NCBI RefSeq assembly: GCF_006345805.1
Contig: NC_043014.1
Coordinates: forward strand, 31,930,001 to 31,994,000
From: Octopus sinensis
Taxonomy: Eukaryota
Direction of reading: 5' to 3'
DNA: 64,000 bases
This document shows, in pieces, positions 12,482 through 23,922 of the stretch. How positions within the stretch are numbered: position 1 is the first letter of the stretch; each line of letters opens with the position of its first letter. A program made the position numbers and the translations under genes. The notes below the pieces were generated by a model. That model saw only the letters and a program-made list of their open reading frames with translations, had not been told where the DNA came from and ran no database searches.

Positions 12482-12690
12482 GTAAGGGTCTATGAAGATG
12501 GAGAAATCAAGATGAAAGGAATAAAATTTGTTTAGACTTGAAAGAGTTCAGGACATAAGAAGGAAGTGGGGAACTGAATGTGATGGAAAGGAATTCTAAA
12601 GTCTGGCAGTTTAAGAAAAAAAAAGTTACGGCTGTAGAAAGACTTCCTTATTTGTGGAAGCACAACAACATTTGGATGAAGATGCTGGTA
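12482..12690 (-). mobile_element. L2/CR1-group LINE 3'-terminal relic
   Basis: Minus strand reads HPNVVVLPQIRKSFYSRNFF..TARL*NS.PS, resembling the SFFPRT.RLWNSLP C-terminus of L2/CR1-type ORF2. Confidence 0.5.
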
Positions 12691-13473
12691 TTAATATTAC
12701 AGTTTTACTTATCACCACTTAGTATACTCATCCCATAATTCAATTACGATGAGCCATTAATTTGCTTAACCAGCTGATGTATGTTGACTAGAAAAACATA
12801 AGAGAGATTGTCTCTCTCTTGTCAGTTTGCAGTGCCACTATCTGGTTTCTGTGACTGAAGGGTAGATAACTACTCCAAAATGCTTACATCTCACAGTTTG
12901 GATAGGTGGCGCTGTAAGCTGATTTTTGTTGTTTACATCACATGTCTACAGCAAGAAATTTTCTCTGAGACAAAACATGATGAATGGCTTGTTTACAAGT
13001 CTGAATGTGCTTTTAACATATTGGAACTGGTATTAATGTTGCATTTTTACTTATCACTGCTTAGCACACTCACACTGTAAGCTTCAGGTCAGACAAGATG
13101 GCATAAAGTAATCTGGAATTAAGAGACAAAATTCACAAGAGCACTTCCTGTGGTAATAACAGTAAAACAAAAAAGATTAATACTAAGACTAGTAATGCCA
13201 TGTTGATGTGACAAGGGTTGCAGAGTTGAAGCAAGAGAGGAACCAATCAAATTAGAGACTCACTTTTGAACCCAGTCGATTAGGTCCAAGTGACGAGATG
13301 GTGCACCATCCCAAATATGACAACGGTATCCCATACAATTATGAATGGTAGGGGCTTGTAAAGATACATCTCCACAGCTCGTCCTCGTATGGAATAATGT
13401 TGTCATATTTGTCTCTTTAATTACTAATCTTTCATGGTTATTCTTTTAATTGTTTACTCTTTAATTAAAGTGG

Positions 13474-13660
13474 AGGCACATGGCTTAGTGGTTAGGATGT
13501 TGAACTCATGATTGTAAGATTGTGGTTTTGATTCTGGGACTGAATGATGTGTTGTGTTCTTGAGCAAGTCACTTCATTTCACATTGCTCCAGTCCACCCA
13601 GCTAGTAAGAGTAAGTATTCCTGCAACAGACTGACATCCAGTTCAGTGGTGGTATATATT
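13474..13660 (+). mobile_element. SINE family B copy (locally duplicated at 14135-14320)
   Basis: A-box TGGCTTAGTGG and CORE-like block; near-identical copy, including 5' flank, at 14073-14320. Confidence 0.8.
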
Positions 13661-13742
13661 TTCATGATGAATACAGAATTACCATTTGATCATAATGAAA
13701 CTATCATTTTGGCTGCTATTTCTGAAGAAAAAAAAAGAAAAT

Positions 13743-13978
13743 AAGGTGGCAAGCTGGCAGAAACGTTAGCATGCCGGGCAAAATGTGTAGCCGTATTTCA
13801 TCTACTCTTACGTTCTGAGTTCAAATTCTGCTGAGGTCGACTTTACCTTTCATCCTTTTGGGGTCGATAAATTAAGTACCAGTTATGCACTGGTGTCGAT
13901 GTAATCGACTTAATCCATTTGTCTGTCCTTGTTTGTCCCCTCTGTGTTTAGCCCCTTGTGGGTAGTAAGGAAATAGGT
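13743..13978 (+). mobile_element. SINE family C, near full length
   Basis: AGGTGGCAAGCTGGCAGAAACGTTAGC..TTCTGAGTTCAAATT..GAGGTCGACTTT..GGGTCGATAAATTAAGTACCAG..AAGGAAATAGG. Confidence 0.9.
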
Positions 13979-14134
13979 ATATATACCAAAGAATCCAGAA
14001 AACCTTCCATATGTGTCTATATGATTTAGAAAGGAGCTTTATCCTTCAATTATGACTCTTCCATAACCATTCTTGTCTCTTTAATTACTACTCTTTCATT
14101 GTTATTCTTTTAATTAGTTACTCTTTAATTAAAG

Positions 14135-14320
14135 TGGAGGCACATAGTTTAGTGGTTAGGGTGTTGAACTCATGAGTGTAAGATTGTGGTTTTGATTCCG
14201 GCACTGGATGATGTGTTGTGTTCTTGAGCAAGTCACTTCATTTCACATTGCTCCAGTCCACCCAGCTGGTAAGAGTAAGTGTTCCTGCAACAGACTGACA
14301 TCCAGTCCAGTGGTGGTATA
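14135..14320 (+). mobile_element. SINE family B copy (duplicate)
   Basis: Near-identical to 13474-13660. Confidence 0.8.
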
Positions 14321-14544
14321 TATACCAAAGAATCCAGAAAACCTTCTATATGTGTCTATATGATTTAGAAAGGAGCTTTATCCTCCAATTGCGACTCTTC
14401 CATTACCATTCTTTAATTGCTGCTCTTTCAGTATTACTCTTTATTTGTTAGTCTTTCATTCTTACTCTTTTGTTGCCACTCTCTCATACATTTTTCATTG
14501 TTATTTCTTCATTGTTACTCTTTCACTAATGCTGCATTATTAAG

Positions 14545-14757
14545 GGTGGTGAGTTGGGAGAATTGTTAGCACACTAGACACAATGCTTATCAGCATCTCA
14601 TGTCTTTACATTCTGAGTTCAAATTCCACCAAAAGTTGACATTGCTTTTAATACTTTCAGATTTGATAAAGTTAGTACCAGTCAAGTACTGGGGTCGATG
14701 TAATCAACTCCCCACTCCCCTCAAAAACTGCTGGCTCTGTGACAAAATTTGAAGCCA
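14545..14757 (+). mobile_element. SINE family C copy
   Basis: GGTGGTGAGTTGGGAGAA..TTCTGAGTTCAAATTCC..GTACCAGTCAAGTACTGGGGTCGATGTAATC. Confidence 0.8.
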
Positions 14758-14817
14758 TTATTTTTGCATTATTTTTATTACAATTATATTATTATTACAA
14801 TTATTATTATTATTATT

Positions 14818-15372
14818 GAGTGAGAGAGCAGTGTATTCCATCAAAGTGACACTGGGGTAAAATATACGAAGCCCGGTATACCCATCATGACTACCCGTCT
14901 GATAAGGGTACACTAGGCACATGCATCACAACCATATGTGTGCGACATGGTGATCTCTTCTCAAGATAAACAGCACATGACCTTGCAGGTGAGGCCCAGT
15001 TAGAATTTTCTTCTGGTCAAGTAGCCCATTCCGCACAAAACGTCCCTGAATAAGGGTTGTTTAAGGATGTTGAACGAACTACTCATGTTTCCAGAGGTGA
15101 AATATTCAAGCCCCAAAGAATCCCTCTCAACACATGGCTATGATGCTCCCCCACTACTTCTGCTCATGATCAGAGATGCACATATCGTCAGCCACTAAGG
15201 GACATGATCAAGTGGTTAAGGTCAAACAACTGACAAGCAAATCTGTGGTATTGAGCAGAATATTTGCTGTAGCGCATCTTTAATACCAAGACAAAATAAT
15301 GTGCATGATAACACTTCCAATCAGTTAAGATCAGCAGCCATGAGAACCACTGCCTGGTATTGCATCAAGGTA
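14818..15372 (-). mobile_element. ORF-less interspersed element flanked by (ATT)n on both sides
   Basis: GC-richer 555-bp block between (ATT)n tracts; on the minus strand it ends ..CTCTCTCACTC(AAT)n like a retroposon tail. Family unassigned. Confidence 0.55.
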
Positions 15373-15444
15373 TTTATTATTTTTATTATTATTATCATCA
15401 CCATCATCATCATCATCATTATTATTATTATTATTATTATTGTT

Positions 15445-15480
<36 letters not shown>

Positions 15481-15501
15481 ATCATCATCATTATATTATT
15501 A

Positions 15502-15712
15502 AGGCAGTGAGCTGGCAGAATCATTAGCAAATTGGACGAAATACTTAGCAGTATTTCGCTTGCTACTACATTCTGAGTTCAGATTCATCTGAGGTCAACT
15601 TTGCATTTCATCCTTTCTGGGTAGATAAATTAAATACCAGTGAAACACTGGGGGTGTTATAATCAATTAGTCCCCTCCCCTAAAATTCCAGGCCTTGTGC
15701 CTTTAGTAAAAA
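15502..15712 (+). mobile_element. SINE family C copy
   Basis: AAGGCAGTGAGCTGGCAGAATCATTAGC..TTCTGAGTTC..GAGGTCAACTTTGC. Confidence 0.85.
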
Positions 15713-15720
15713 GGATTTTT

Positions 15721-16115
15721 AGAGTGGCTGTGTGGTAAGTAACTTGTTTACCAGCCACATGGTTCCGGGTTCAGTCCCACTGCGTGGTACTTTGGGCAAG
15801 TGTCTTCTACCATAGCCTCGGGTTGACCAAAGCCTTGTAAGTGGATTTGGTAGACGGAAACTGAAAGAATCCCGTCATATATATGTGTATATATATGTGT
15901 GTGTATATGTTTGTGTGTCTGTGTTTGTCACCCAACATCGCTTGACAACTGATGCTGGTGTGTTTACCTCGCTGTAACTTAGTGGTTCAGCAAAAGAGAC
16001 TGATAGAATAAGTACTAGGCTTACAAAGAATAAGTCCTGGGGTCGATTTGGTCGACTAAAGGCGGTGCTCCAGCATGGCCACAGTCAAATGACTGAAACA
16101 AGTGAAAGAGAGTAA
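15721..16115 (+). mobile_element. Full-length SINE family A
   Basis: Head, internal TA/TG tract and tail all present. Confidence 0.92.
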
Positions 16116-16584
16116 TGAGTATTGTCATTAACAAGCAAAATCCATACCTGGACTGAAATTGCATTCTCTCATTCATCACGTTAAGTCCCCTCCTTCAAAC
16201 ACTCATACATTGAAACTGATGGGAGTAACCATCATCATTATCATTATCATTATCATCATTATTATGAGGGTTCCACCAGTAAGCTTTGGACGTCTAATTG
16301 ACACTTACTGTGACTAGCCTAAGCAAGAGATCAGTTTAACAGCATTTCATCTGGATTTACATTCTGAGTTAAAAAAAACCCAAAAAACTTTTATGTTTCC
16401 TGAAATCCGCCAACACTACACCTGATATCCCACCCAACTCCATACGCTTACACACATGTATATCATGACTCATATACTGTTCACTTTCCTCACTTTTGTA
16501 CATAAATTATATGTACTATACATGCACCTTTGGCAAGTTGTGGTGTACCTGAGCACTATACACAACAATTTTATTATTATTATT

Positions 16585-17033
16585 CAGTAGTTTTATTTTT
16601 AAAGCATGCTTTCACTTCACTACCGAGCGCTGTGGTTTGTTGTGATGCTCTTATGGTTACTGTATTGAAAGTGTTTTGTGTAGGATGTGTGCAGTGCCTA
16701 GTAGTGCAATTTTTTGTATGTTATATATATTTGTAAGTCCTGGTATTTTTGTTATGTATTTGTCTGAATATTATTTTTTCATCTGCTGGTATTGATACAT
16801 CAATTAGAAAGCATTTTTTTCTTCGTGATCTCTGACAACTATATCTGGCCTATTGGCCTTAATTTCTCTATCTGAGTGTATTGGCATATCCCAGAGTATG
16901 GCTGCTTTCTTGTTTTCTGTGACCTTTTCTGGTGTGTGCCTATACCATCGTTTTTCTGTTGTTATTCCATAGTGTTGGCATAGCTTCCAGTGTATGTAGG
17001 TCCCAACTCTGTCGTGTCTGTGAATATATGTTG
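16585..17033 (-). mobile_element. R4/Dong-clade (RLE) non-LTR retrotransposon, 5'-truncated and internally deleted
   Basis: YIHRHDRVGTYIHWKLCQHYG..WYRHTPEKVTENKKAAILWDMPIHSDREIKANRPDIVV: RHD/HW..C region plus the PD motif of a restriction-like endonuclease. 3' end abuts (AAT)n. Confidence 0.85.
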
Positions 17034-17075
17034 TTATTATTATTATTATATTATTATTATTATTATTATTATTAT

Positions 17076-17540
17076 AAGATTGACTTTTGCTTTGTATTTG
17101 TACAAGTTGACTCCAAGTCTCACTCAAGAGACCTCAAGAGACGAGTTAGAAGTTCAAGTTGGTGTTATGCCTAGAGTGTCATATATTTGGTTTTGCACAT
17201 AGTATTGTCCTAGAGAATGTTTAAGAAAATGGAAGAAAATTATGAATTTGTTTTAGAATTTGAGACTGTATTTTACATAGGATATAGACAATTTCCCTGA
17301 GCACTATCTTTTGAATTTCTGTAATTTTGGAGTTTCCTGGTATCTGAGCAAGGTAAGAATCAACCCTTTTTGCTATAATTCCTAGTATTGTTTCAGTCTT
17401 GAGGTTCCACATTTTGCCAATTCCTATTTCAAGATTTTTATTCTTGCTCAGTTTTTGGTAGGTCTTGAGAGATACATTTATGCCGATTTGGACAGTCATA
17501 TCAATGAGGAGGCATGATTTTTGTCTGAAGTCTGTCTTTC
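17076..17540 (-). mobile_element. Second R4/Dong-type RLE LINE 3' fragment (distinct subfamily)
   Basis: NVSLKTYQKLSKNKNLEIGIGKMWNLKTETILGII..EIQKIVL matches the EK..KY.DL..EI..MW RLE C-terminus; followed by a 3' UTR and an (AAT)n tail. Confidence 0.8.
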
Positions 17541-17541
17541 A

Positions 17542-17563
17542 TTATTATTATTATTATTATTAA

Positions 17564-17604
<41 letters not shown>

Positions 17605-17637
17605 TATTATTATTATCATTATTATTATTATTATTAA

Positions 17638-17687
<50 letters not shown>

Positions 17688-17758
17688 TATTATCATTATT
17701 ATTATTATTATCATTATTATTATTATTATTACTATCATTATTATTATTATTATTAGTA

Positions 17759-17835
<77 letters not shown>
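17542..17835. repeat. (ATT)n array, ~290 bp
   Basis: Seen directly. Confidence 0.97.
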
Positions 17836-17994
17836 CCTGCTGAGGTTGACTTTCGGGGTTAATAAAATAATTACCAGTCAAGTACTGAGGTTGAAGCAAT
17901 TTGTTTTCCTTTCCATTTCAAAACTGTTGGCGCTGAACCAAAATTTGAAACCATTCCATTTCCTGCAAGAGACTATCAACTGCACTACTTATCT

Positions 17995-18056
17995 CTAAGC
18001 TTGGTACTTATTTTGCCCAACTAGTATGATGATACTGACTGTAAACATAGGTAGAT

Positions 18057-18117
<61 letters not shown>

Positions 18118-18385
18118 TAAACATACATAAAAATAAACACACACACATGCACACACATACACATACACACACATGCACACATATACACACACATACACAT
18201 ACATACACATATGCACACACATGCACACAGGCAAACACACACACAAACATGCACACACAAATACATACACACACATGCACACATACAAAATAAACACACA
18301 CATACACACTCATACATGCACACATTTACACATACCCACACACACAAATGCACACACACATACATACACACACACACATTTATGC
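17995..18385. repeat. Degenerate (CA)n/(TACA)n array
   Basis: Seen directly. Confidence 0.95.
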
Positions 18386-18644
18386 ATGCACACAGACAAA
18401 CACATCATTGGCTTCCATACAGATTTTGTCAACCAGGTTTCTCTCCCATGGCATTGGTCAACTTAAGGTTACAGTAGAAAAACCACTTGCCTAAAGAAAG
18501 TGCCCCACACTGAGATTGAACCTGAAATCCTTTGCCAGGGAAGTAAACTTCTTACCCACACAGCTACACCGGCAACCTATAATGAAAACCTCAAGATAAA
18601 TCAATGAGTGACATTTTTATTCTGGTTTATCATTTAAATATTGA

Positions 18645-18680
18645 CTACTGCTGCTGCTGCTGCTGCTACTACTACTACTA

Positions 18681-18729
<49 letters not shown>

Positions 18730-18968
18730 GCTGCTGCTGCTGCTGCTGCTGTGGTTGTGGTGGTGTTGGCAGTGGTGGCTACCACCATTACCATCACTAC
18801 TACTACCACTCCAAATACTGCTATCCTATTATCTCTCCTACCACTACCACCACCACCATCACCATCACCATCACCATCACCATCACCATCACCATCAGCA
18901 ATGAATGTGTAAATTTTATTAATATTTCAACTTCTAGGAAATAATTAGATTTGAGAGAAGCTGCAATA

Positions 18969-19014
<46 letters not shown>

Positions 19015-19132
19015 TGTGATGGCCATGATGATGATGATGATGATGATGATGATACTAATGTAAAAATAACAGTAATAGAAAATAGAAATAACTAATGATG
19101 ATAATGATGATGATGGTGATGAGGATGATGAC

Positions 19133-19172
<40 letters not shown>

Positions 19173-19416
19173 GTGATGGTGATGATTGTGGTGGCTGTGG
19201 TGATAGTGGGGATAGCAATGATGATGATGATGATGATAATGACCAGGATAGGAAGAAAATGATAATGATGGCAACGATGATGTTGACGACGATGATTATT
19301 ACGATGGCGAAGATAAATGATGATAATGATGATGAGGAGGAGGAGGAAGGAGCGATAATGATGTGATGATGGTGCTTGTGATTTTGATGTCCGTAATAGT
19401 AGTATTGAAAATAGAT

Positions 19417-19471
<55 letters not shown>

Positions 19472-19560
19472 CGATGGTAATAATGATGAGGCTGATGATA
19501 ATGACAATGATGATGATCATCATCACGATCATGTTGGTGTTGATGATGATGATGATGATA

Positions 19561-19599
<39 letters not shown>

Positions 19600-19990
19600 G
19601 TGGTGGTGTTGATGATGATAATAATGATGATGATGATGATAATGAAGATGGTGATGATTGTGGAGGTTGTGGTGATAGTGGGGATGGCAATGATGACGAC
19701 GATGGTAATAATGATGAGGCTGATGATGATGACGATGATGATCATGATGATGATCGTGTTGGTGTTGATGATGATGATGATGGTGGTGTTGGTGGTGATG
19801 ATGGTCATGATAGTGATAATGAATTTTATGATAAAGATGATGATAATGATGACAATAATGATATGGACAATAATGATGTTGATGGTACTGATGATAGTAG
19901 CAGCAAATATTAGTGTTGTTGTTGTTGTTGTAGTAGATGTTGTTCTTGTTGTCGTTGCTATTTATGGCGGTGGTGGTAGTGGTCATAATA
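18645..19990. repeat. Compound trinucleotide array (CTG/CTA/CCA/AAT/GAT) with internal block duplications
   Basis: Seen directly; explains the 350-aa His-rich and 215-aa Met-rich pseudo-ORFs. Confidence 0.95.
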
Positions 19991-20353
19991 TAATTTTAGT
20001 TTTAATATGACATCAAAATCCGATTTGAATATTTTCTTGTGAAATAAATAAATAAACAAATAAATAAACATTTCAACAAAAACAAAACACTAGAAAAATA
20101 TATACGTAAAAAAAAAGCATGTAATTAAAATATGAAAGAAAATTACCTCAAACTGCACTAAATTGACTTAAATTTCAGCAAGCTTTAAGATTTTCTGATC
20201 ACAGCGATCTTTATCTATCCATCTATCTATCTGTCTGTCTGTCTGTTTGTCTGTCTCTCTATCTATCTATCTGTTTGTCTGTCTGTCTATCTATCTATCT
20301 ATCTATCTATCTGTTTGTCTATCTATTTATCTGTCTGTCTATTTTTCTATCTG

Positions 20354-20386
<33 letters not shown>

Positions 20387-20508
20387 TCTTCCTCTTGCTC
20401 TCTCTATATATATAGAGTGAGAGAGAGAAAGAGAGAGGGAGAAAAAGATAGATAGATAGGTTGGTAGGTAGGTATATATATGTATGTGTGTGTGTGTGTC
20501 TTCTCTCT

Positions 20509-20541
<33 letters not shown>

Positions 20542-20949
20542 ATATATATATATATATGTATAAATACATAAATGTATATAAAAGAATCTGTATCTATATA
20601 TATATTGTGTATACATATGTAAGTATATATATGTCTGTATGTATGCATGTATGTATGAACATATGTGCACACACACACATTTATATTTGAGTGAATATTT
20701 ATATTCCTTCTTTTTACTCCAGCTATTGAAGGTAATGTTTGTTGACATTACCTGTCAACCAAATTTGTCCTCTAGCTCTGTGCTTTTGAAGAAATATGAA
20801 ATAAAAATATCACTTACCTGAAAAACAGGTAAGATTTAATGATAGGAAAAGAGCATCTGGCTGAAATATGTCTGAATATGTATGCATTTAACCTATGCTA
20901 GCATAGAAAACAAATGCGAAACAAATGAATAAGCCTATATATATATATC

Positions 20950-21235
20950 ATCATCATCATCATCATTGTTTAACGTCTGTTTTCCCTGCTAGCACAGGCT
21001 GGACAGTTCGACCGGGTTCTGGGAAGTCAGGAGGCTGCACCAGGCTCCAGTCTGATCTGGCAGTGTTTCTACAGCTGGATGCCCTTCCTAATGCCAACCA
21101 CTCCGTGAGTGTAGTGGGTGCTTTTTACGTGCTACCGGCACAGGTGGCAGAGGAGTCTGGTAGCGGCCATGATTGGTTGGTACTTTTTATGTGCCACCGG
21201 CACAGAAGCCAGTCAAGGTGGCACTGGCATTGGCC
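20950..21235 (-). mobile_element. RTE 3'-UTR-derived repeat (family D)
   Basis: (TCA)n, TTTAACGTCTG..GCTAGCA..CTGGATGCCCTTCCTAATGCCAACCACTCC. Confidence 0.85.
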
Positions 21236-21236
21236 A

Positions 21237-21568
21237 CGTGCATGGCTCAGTGGTTAGAGCATCGAGCTTATGATTGTGAGGTTGTGAGTTTGAATCCTGG
21301 ACCGGGCTCCGTGTTGTGTTCTTGAGCAAGACACTTTATTTCATGTTGCTCCAGTTCACTCAGCTGTAGAAATGCGTTGTGACGTAACAGGTGCCAAGCT
21401 GTATCGGCTACTGTCTTTCTCTTGGATAACACTGGTGGCATGGAGAGGGGAGGCCGGTATGCATGGGCGACTGCTGGTCTTCCATAAACAACCTCGCCTG
21501 GACTTGTGCCTGGGAGAGTAACTTTCTACATGCAATCCCATGGTCAGTCATGACTGAAGGGGGTCTCA
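21237..21568 (+). mobile_element. SINE family B, full length
   Basis: TGGCTCAGTGG A-box, GAGTTTGAATCC B-box, CORE-like block, tail to GAAGGGGGTC. Confidence 0.9.
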
Positions 21569-21620
21569 CTATATATATACATACATACTTTTATTAAAGC
21601 TGCAAAATTATCACAAACAC

Positions 21621-21660
21621 ACTGTTACTCAGAGTTTCACATTCCCGTTCATCAGGCAGT
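21621..21660 (-). ncRNA. Minimal type-I hammerhead ribozyme with intact catalytic core
   Basis: Minus strand: ACTGC-CTGATGA-AC-GGGAAT-GT-GAA-ACTC-T-GAGT-A-ACAGT. Core CUGAUGA/GAAA intact; GUA triplet; stem I has 4 bp after a C-A mismatch; quasi-palindromic stem III. Confidence 0.7.
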
Positions 21661-21903
21661 TGTGATGAAAACTGAATTGGAATTGTGGTGGTACATGTAA
21701 TATAGTGTCGTATAGTTCAGCCTTAATGAAAGCATATTACTCTACCTTTGGTGTTTGAGTACTATTTTCTCCACCTTGTTTTGCACTTATATGCTCACCT
21801 GTGTGTGTGTATACATATATATATATAAATAATATATATATATATATATGCCTATATACACACACATATATACATACATATGTATGTATATAGGTATGCA
21901 TAT

Positions 21904-22215
21904 ATGGGTACAGGACGTCACAAAACGTAAACAACATGAAATACGAAAATAATGTTGGTACGCAAAGAATGAGAGAAAGAAAGGGAAAACAAGACAACTA
22001 GCATTAAAAAAATTAGCCTGCATCAGTTGTTGGCTGTCCTTCTACTCCTTATTTTGAGCAATGAACAACAAGATAAGACTTTGAAGGCAGTTGCTACCGC
22101 GAATCAAAATAAAATTTGGAATTTGCAGAGGGTCAGAGTTGGTAACAAAAACAGGACATACAACAAACGAAATGAAACGATTACAAACAGGGAGGGCTGT
22201 TAGGTTCAGACGAGG
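21904..22215. mobile_element. Family F repeat (related to 1631-1965)
   Basis: TGGGTACAGGACGTC start next to a TA tract; collinear with 1631-1965. Confidence 0.55.
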
Positions 22216-22403
22216 TAAGATAATGAATTCTGGAAGAAGATTCTTTGATAAAAGAAAAGATAGGAGAGGAGACAGATAGGAATGCGTCTGGACTGCACAA
22301 CAGACTGAAGGAAAAGAACGATGATCACATGAGGAAAGGAAAGATGGACGATGGTCATGTGTGAGCAATGAGAGAGAATAAAGGAGGAAGAGGGAGATAC
22401 ACG

Positions 22404-22636
22404 CAGGGTTGGCCAAAAGTCACCTGTCAGTAAATCAAAATTCCATAAATACTATCTGTAATTCCGTATTGACTCAAAAGGAAAAATGTATCGCTCAAGA
22501 AGGACCCCAGTTTGAACAATTTTCATGATGTTTCATATTTAGATGCTTTTATTAAATTCATTCAGTTATTAATCGTAAATAATTCTTGGAATTAAATGAT
22601 TTTGATTTACTGTCAGGTGACTTTTGGATAGCCCTG
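22404..22636 (+). mobile_element. Tc1/mariner-superfamily MITE
   Basis: 38-bp TIRs CAGGGTTGGCCAAAAGTCACCTGTCAGTAAATCAAAAT (35/38 match); 3' TA; retains transposase tail CIAQEGPQFEQFS*. Confidence 0.85.
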
Positions 22637-22993
22637 TATATATATATATATATATACATATATATATAAGATTAGGGTAATATACATACAGCTAGTTTAC
22701 ATGTGGATCTAGTCGTGTGTATATTTGAATTCTAAAGGCTTCCTACTGATGAAAACTAGCCTCAGTAAATATTTTTTTACTGGAATTAGTTAGAAGCCAT
22801 GGTCTAGGAACTAAATAAGATGGTAAACGTTTTTAATTTTCATTCCTTTCGAGAATTTATCCCTAATTAGTGGTTTGAGTTTTCTACTGCTCTTTCTAGC
22901 ACAAGGCTTTCCTATTTGGAAGCCTCTTGATGTATTTTAATGTACATGATATTTCTATGTGAATTATGTATATATATATACATATATATATAT

Positions 22994-23057
<64 letters not shown>

Positions 23058-23059
<2 letters not shown>

Positions 23060-23273
23060 TGGTTTCAAATTTTGGCACAAGAAGTAAGTTTGGGAGGTGG
23101 GGCAAGGCAATTACATCGACCCTAGGACTCAAGTAGTATTAATTTTATCAAACTCCGAAAGAATGAAAGGCAAAGTCAACCTTAGTGAAATTTGAATTCA
23201 AAATGTAAAGACAGATGAACTGCTGCTAAGCATTTTTCTTGGCATGCTAATTATACTGACAGCTCACCACCTT
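23058..23273 (-). mobile_element. SINE family C copy
   Basis: TTGGTTTCAAATTTTGGCACAAG..GAATGAAAGGCAAAGTCAACC..CAGCTCACCACCTT. Confidence 0.85.
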
Positions 23274-23442
23274 AGAAAATAGTCCATATTATAATGCAAA
23301 AAGAAGTAACATTTAGTCGCCATGTATTTAGAAAAAGTGCATATTAAATTGAATAAATATGTTACGTTATCAATGTTTTTCCCACTTGGTCACTTCGTTC
23401 AATGTAGCTTATACTGGATGATTTACTTTCAAAAACCTTCAG

Positions 23443-23585
23443 CAACTGGTACTTATTTTGTTGACCCTAAGAGAATAAGAAGCAAAGTTGACCTTGATGG
23501 AATTTGAACTCAGAATGTAAAGACCGACAAAACACCACTAAACATTTTGCCTGACTTGCTAACAGTTCAACCAGCTTGTTGCCTT
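23443..23585 (-). mobile_element. SINE family C, partial
   Basis: AACTGGTACTTATTTT..AAAGTTGACC..ATTTGAACTCAGAATGTAAAG. Confidence 0.75.
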
Positions 23586-23778
23586 ATTCCATATATATTA
23601 TCATTAGGTTCACTCCTCATGTTCCTGAAGATGATCAGGTTATCGGCTTTATACTTTGTGGGTCCTGAGTGGTTTAGCAACCAAATTTGGGCATGAAATC
23701 TGCAGGTACATAGCAGTGGAGTCAGGATGCAATGACACTCTTGCTTTCCAAGCAGCTCTCCTCATTTTAGTGTCTCTG

Positions 23779-23815
<37 letters not shown>

Positions 23816-23890
23816 CCACCACCACCACCACCACCACCACACCACCACCACCACCACCACCACCACCACCATCACCACCACCACCACCAT

Positions 23891-23914
<24 letters not shown>

Positions 23915-23922
<8 letters not shown>

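Noticed and set aside
18934-19986. 350-aa His-rich ORF (and 215-aa Met-rich ORF on +)
   Set aside because: Direct translation of (GAT/CAT)n microsatellite; no unique coding sequence or splice context.
20808-20832. Minus-strand TTTTTCAG|GTAAGT recursive-splice-like site
   Set aside because: Lies in a segment resembling the family D tail (AAACAGGT.AG..AGAGCATCTGGC), and no minus-strand gene is supported.
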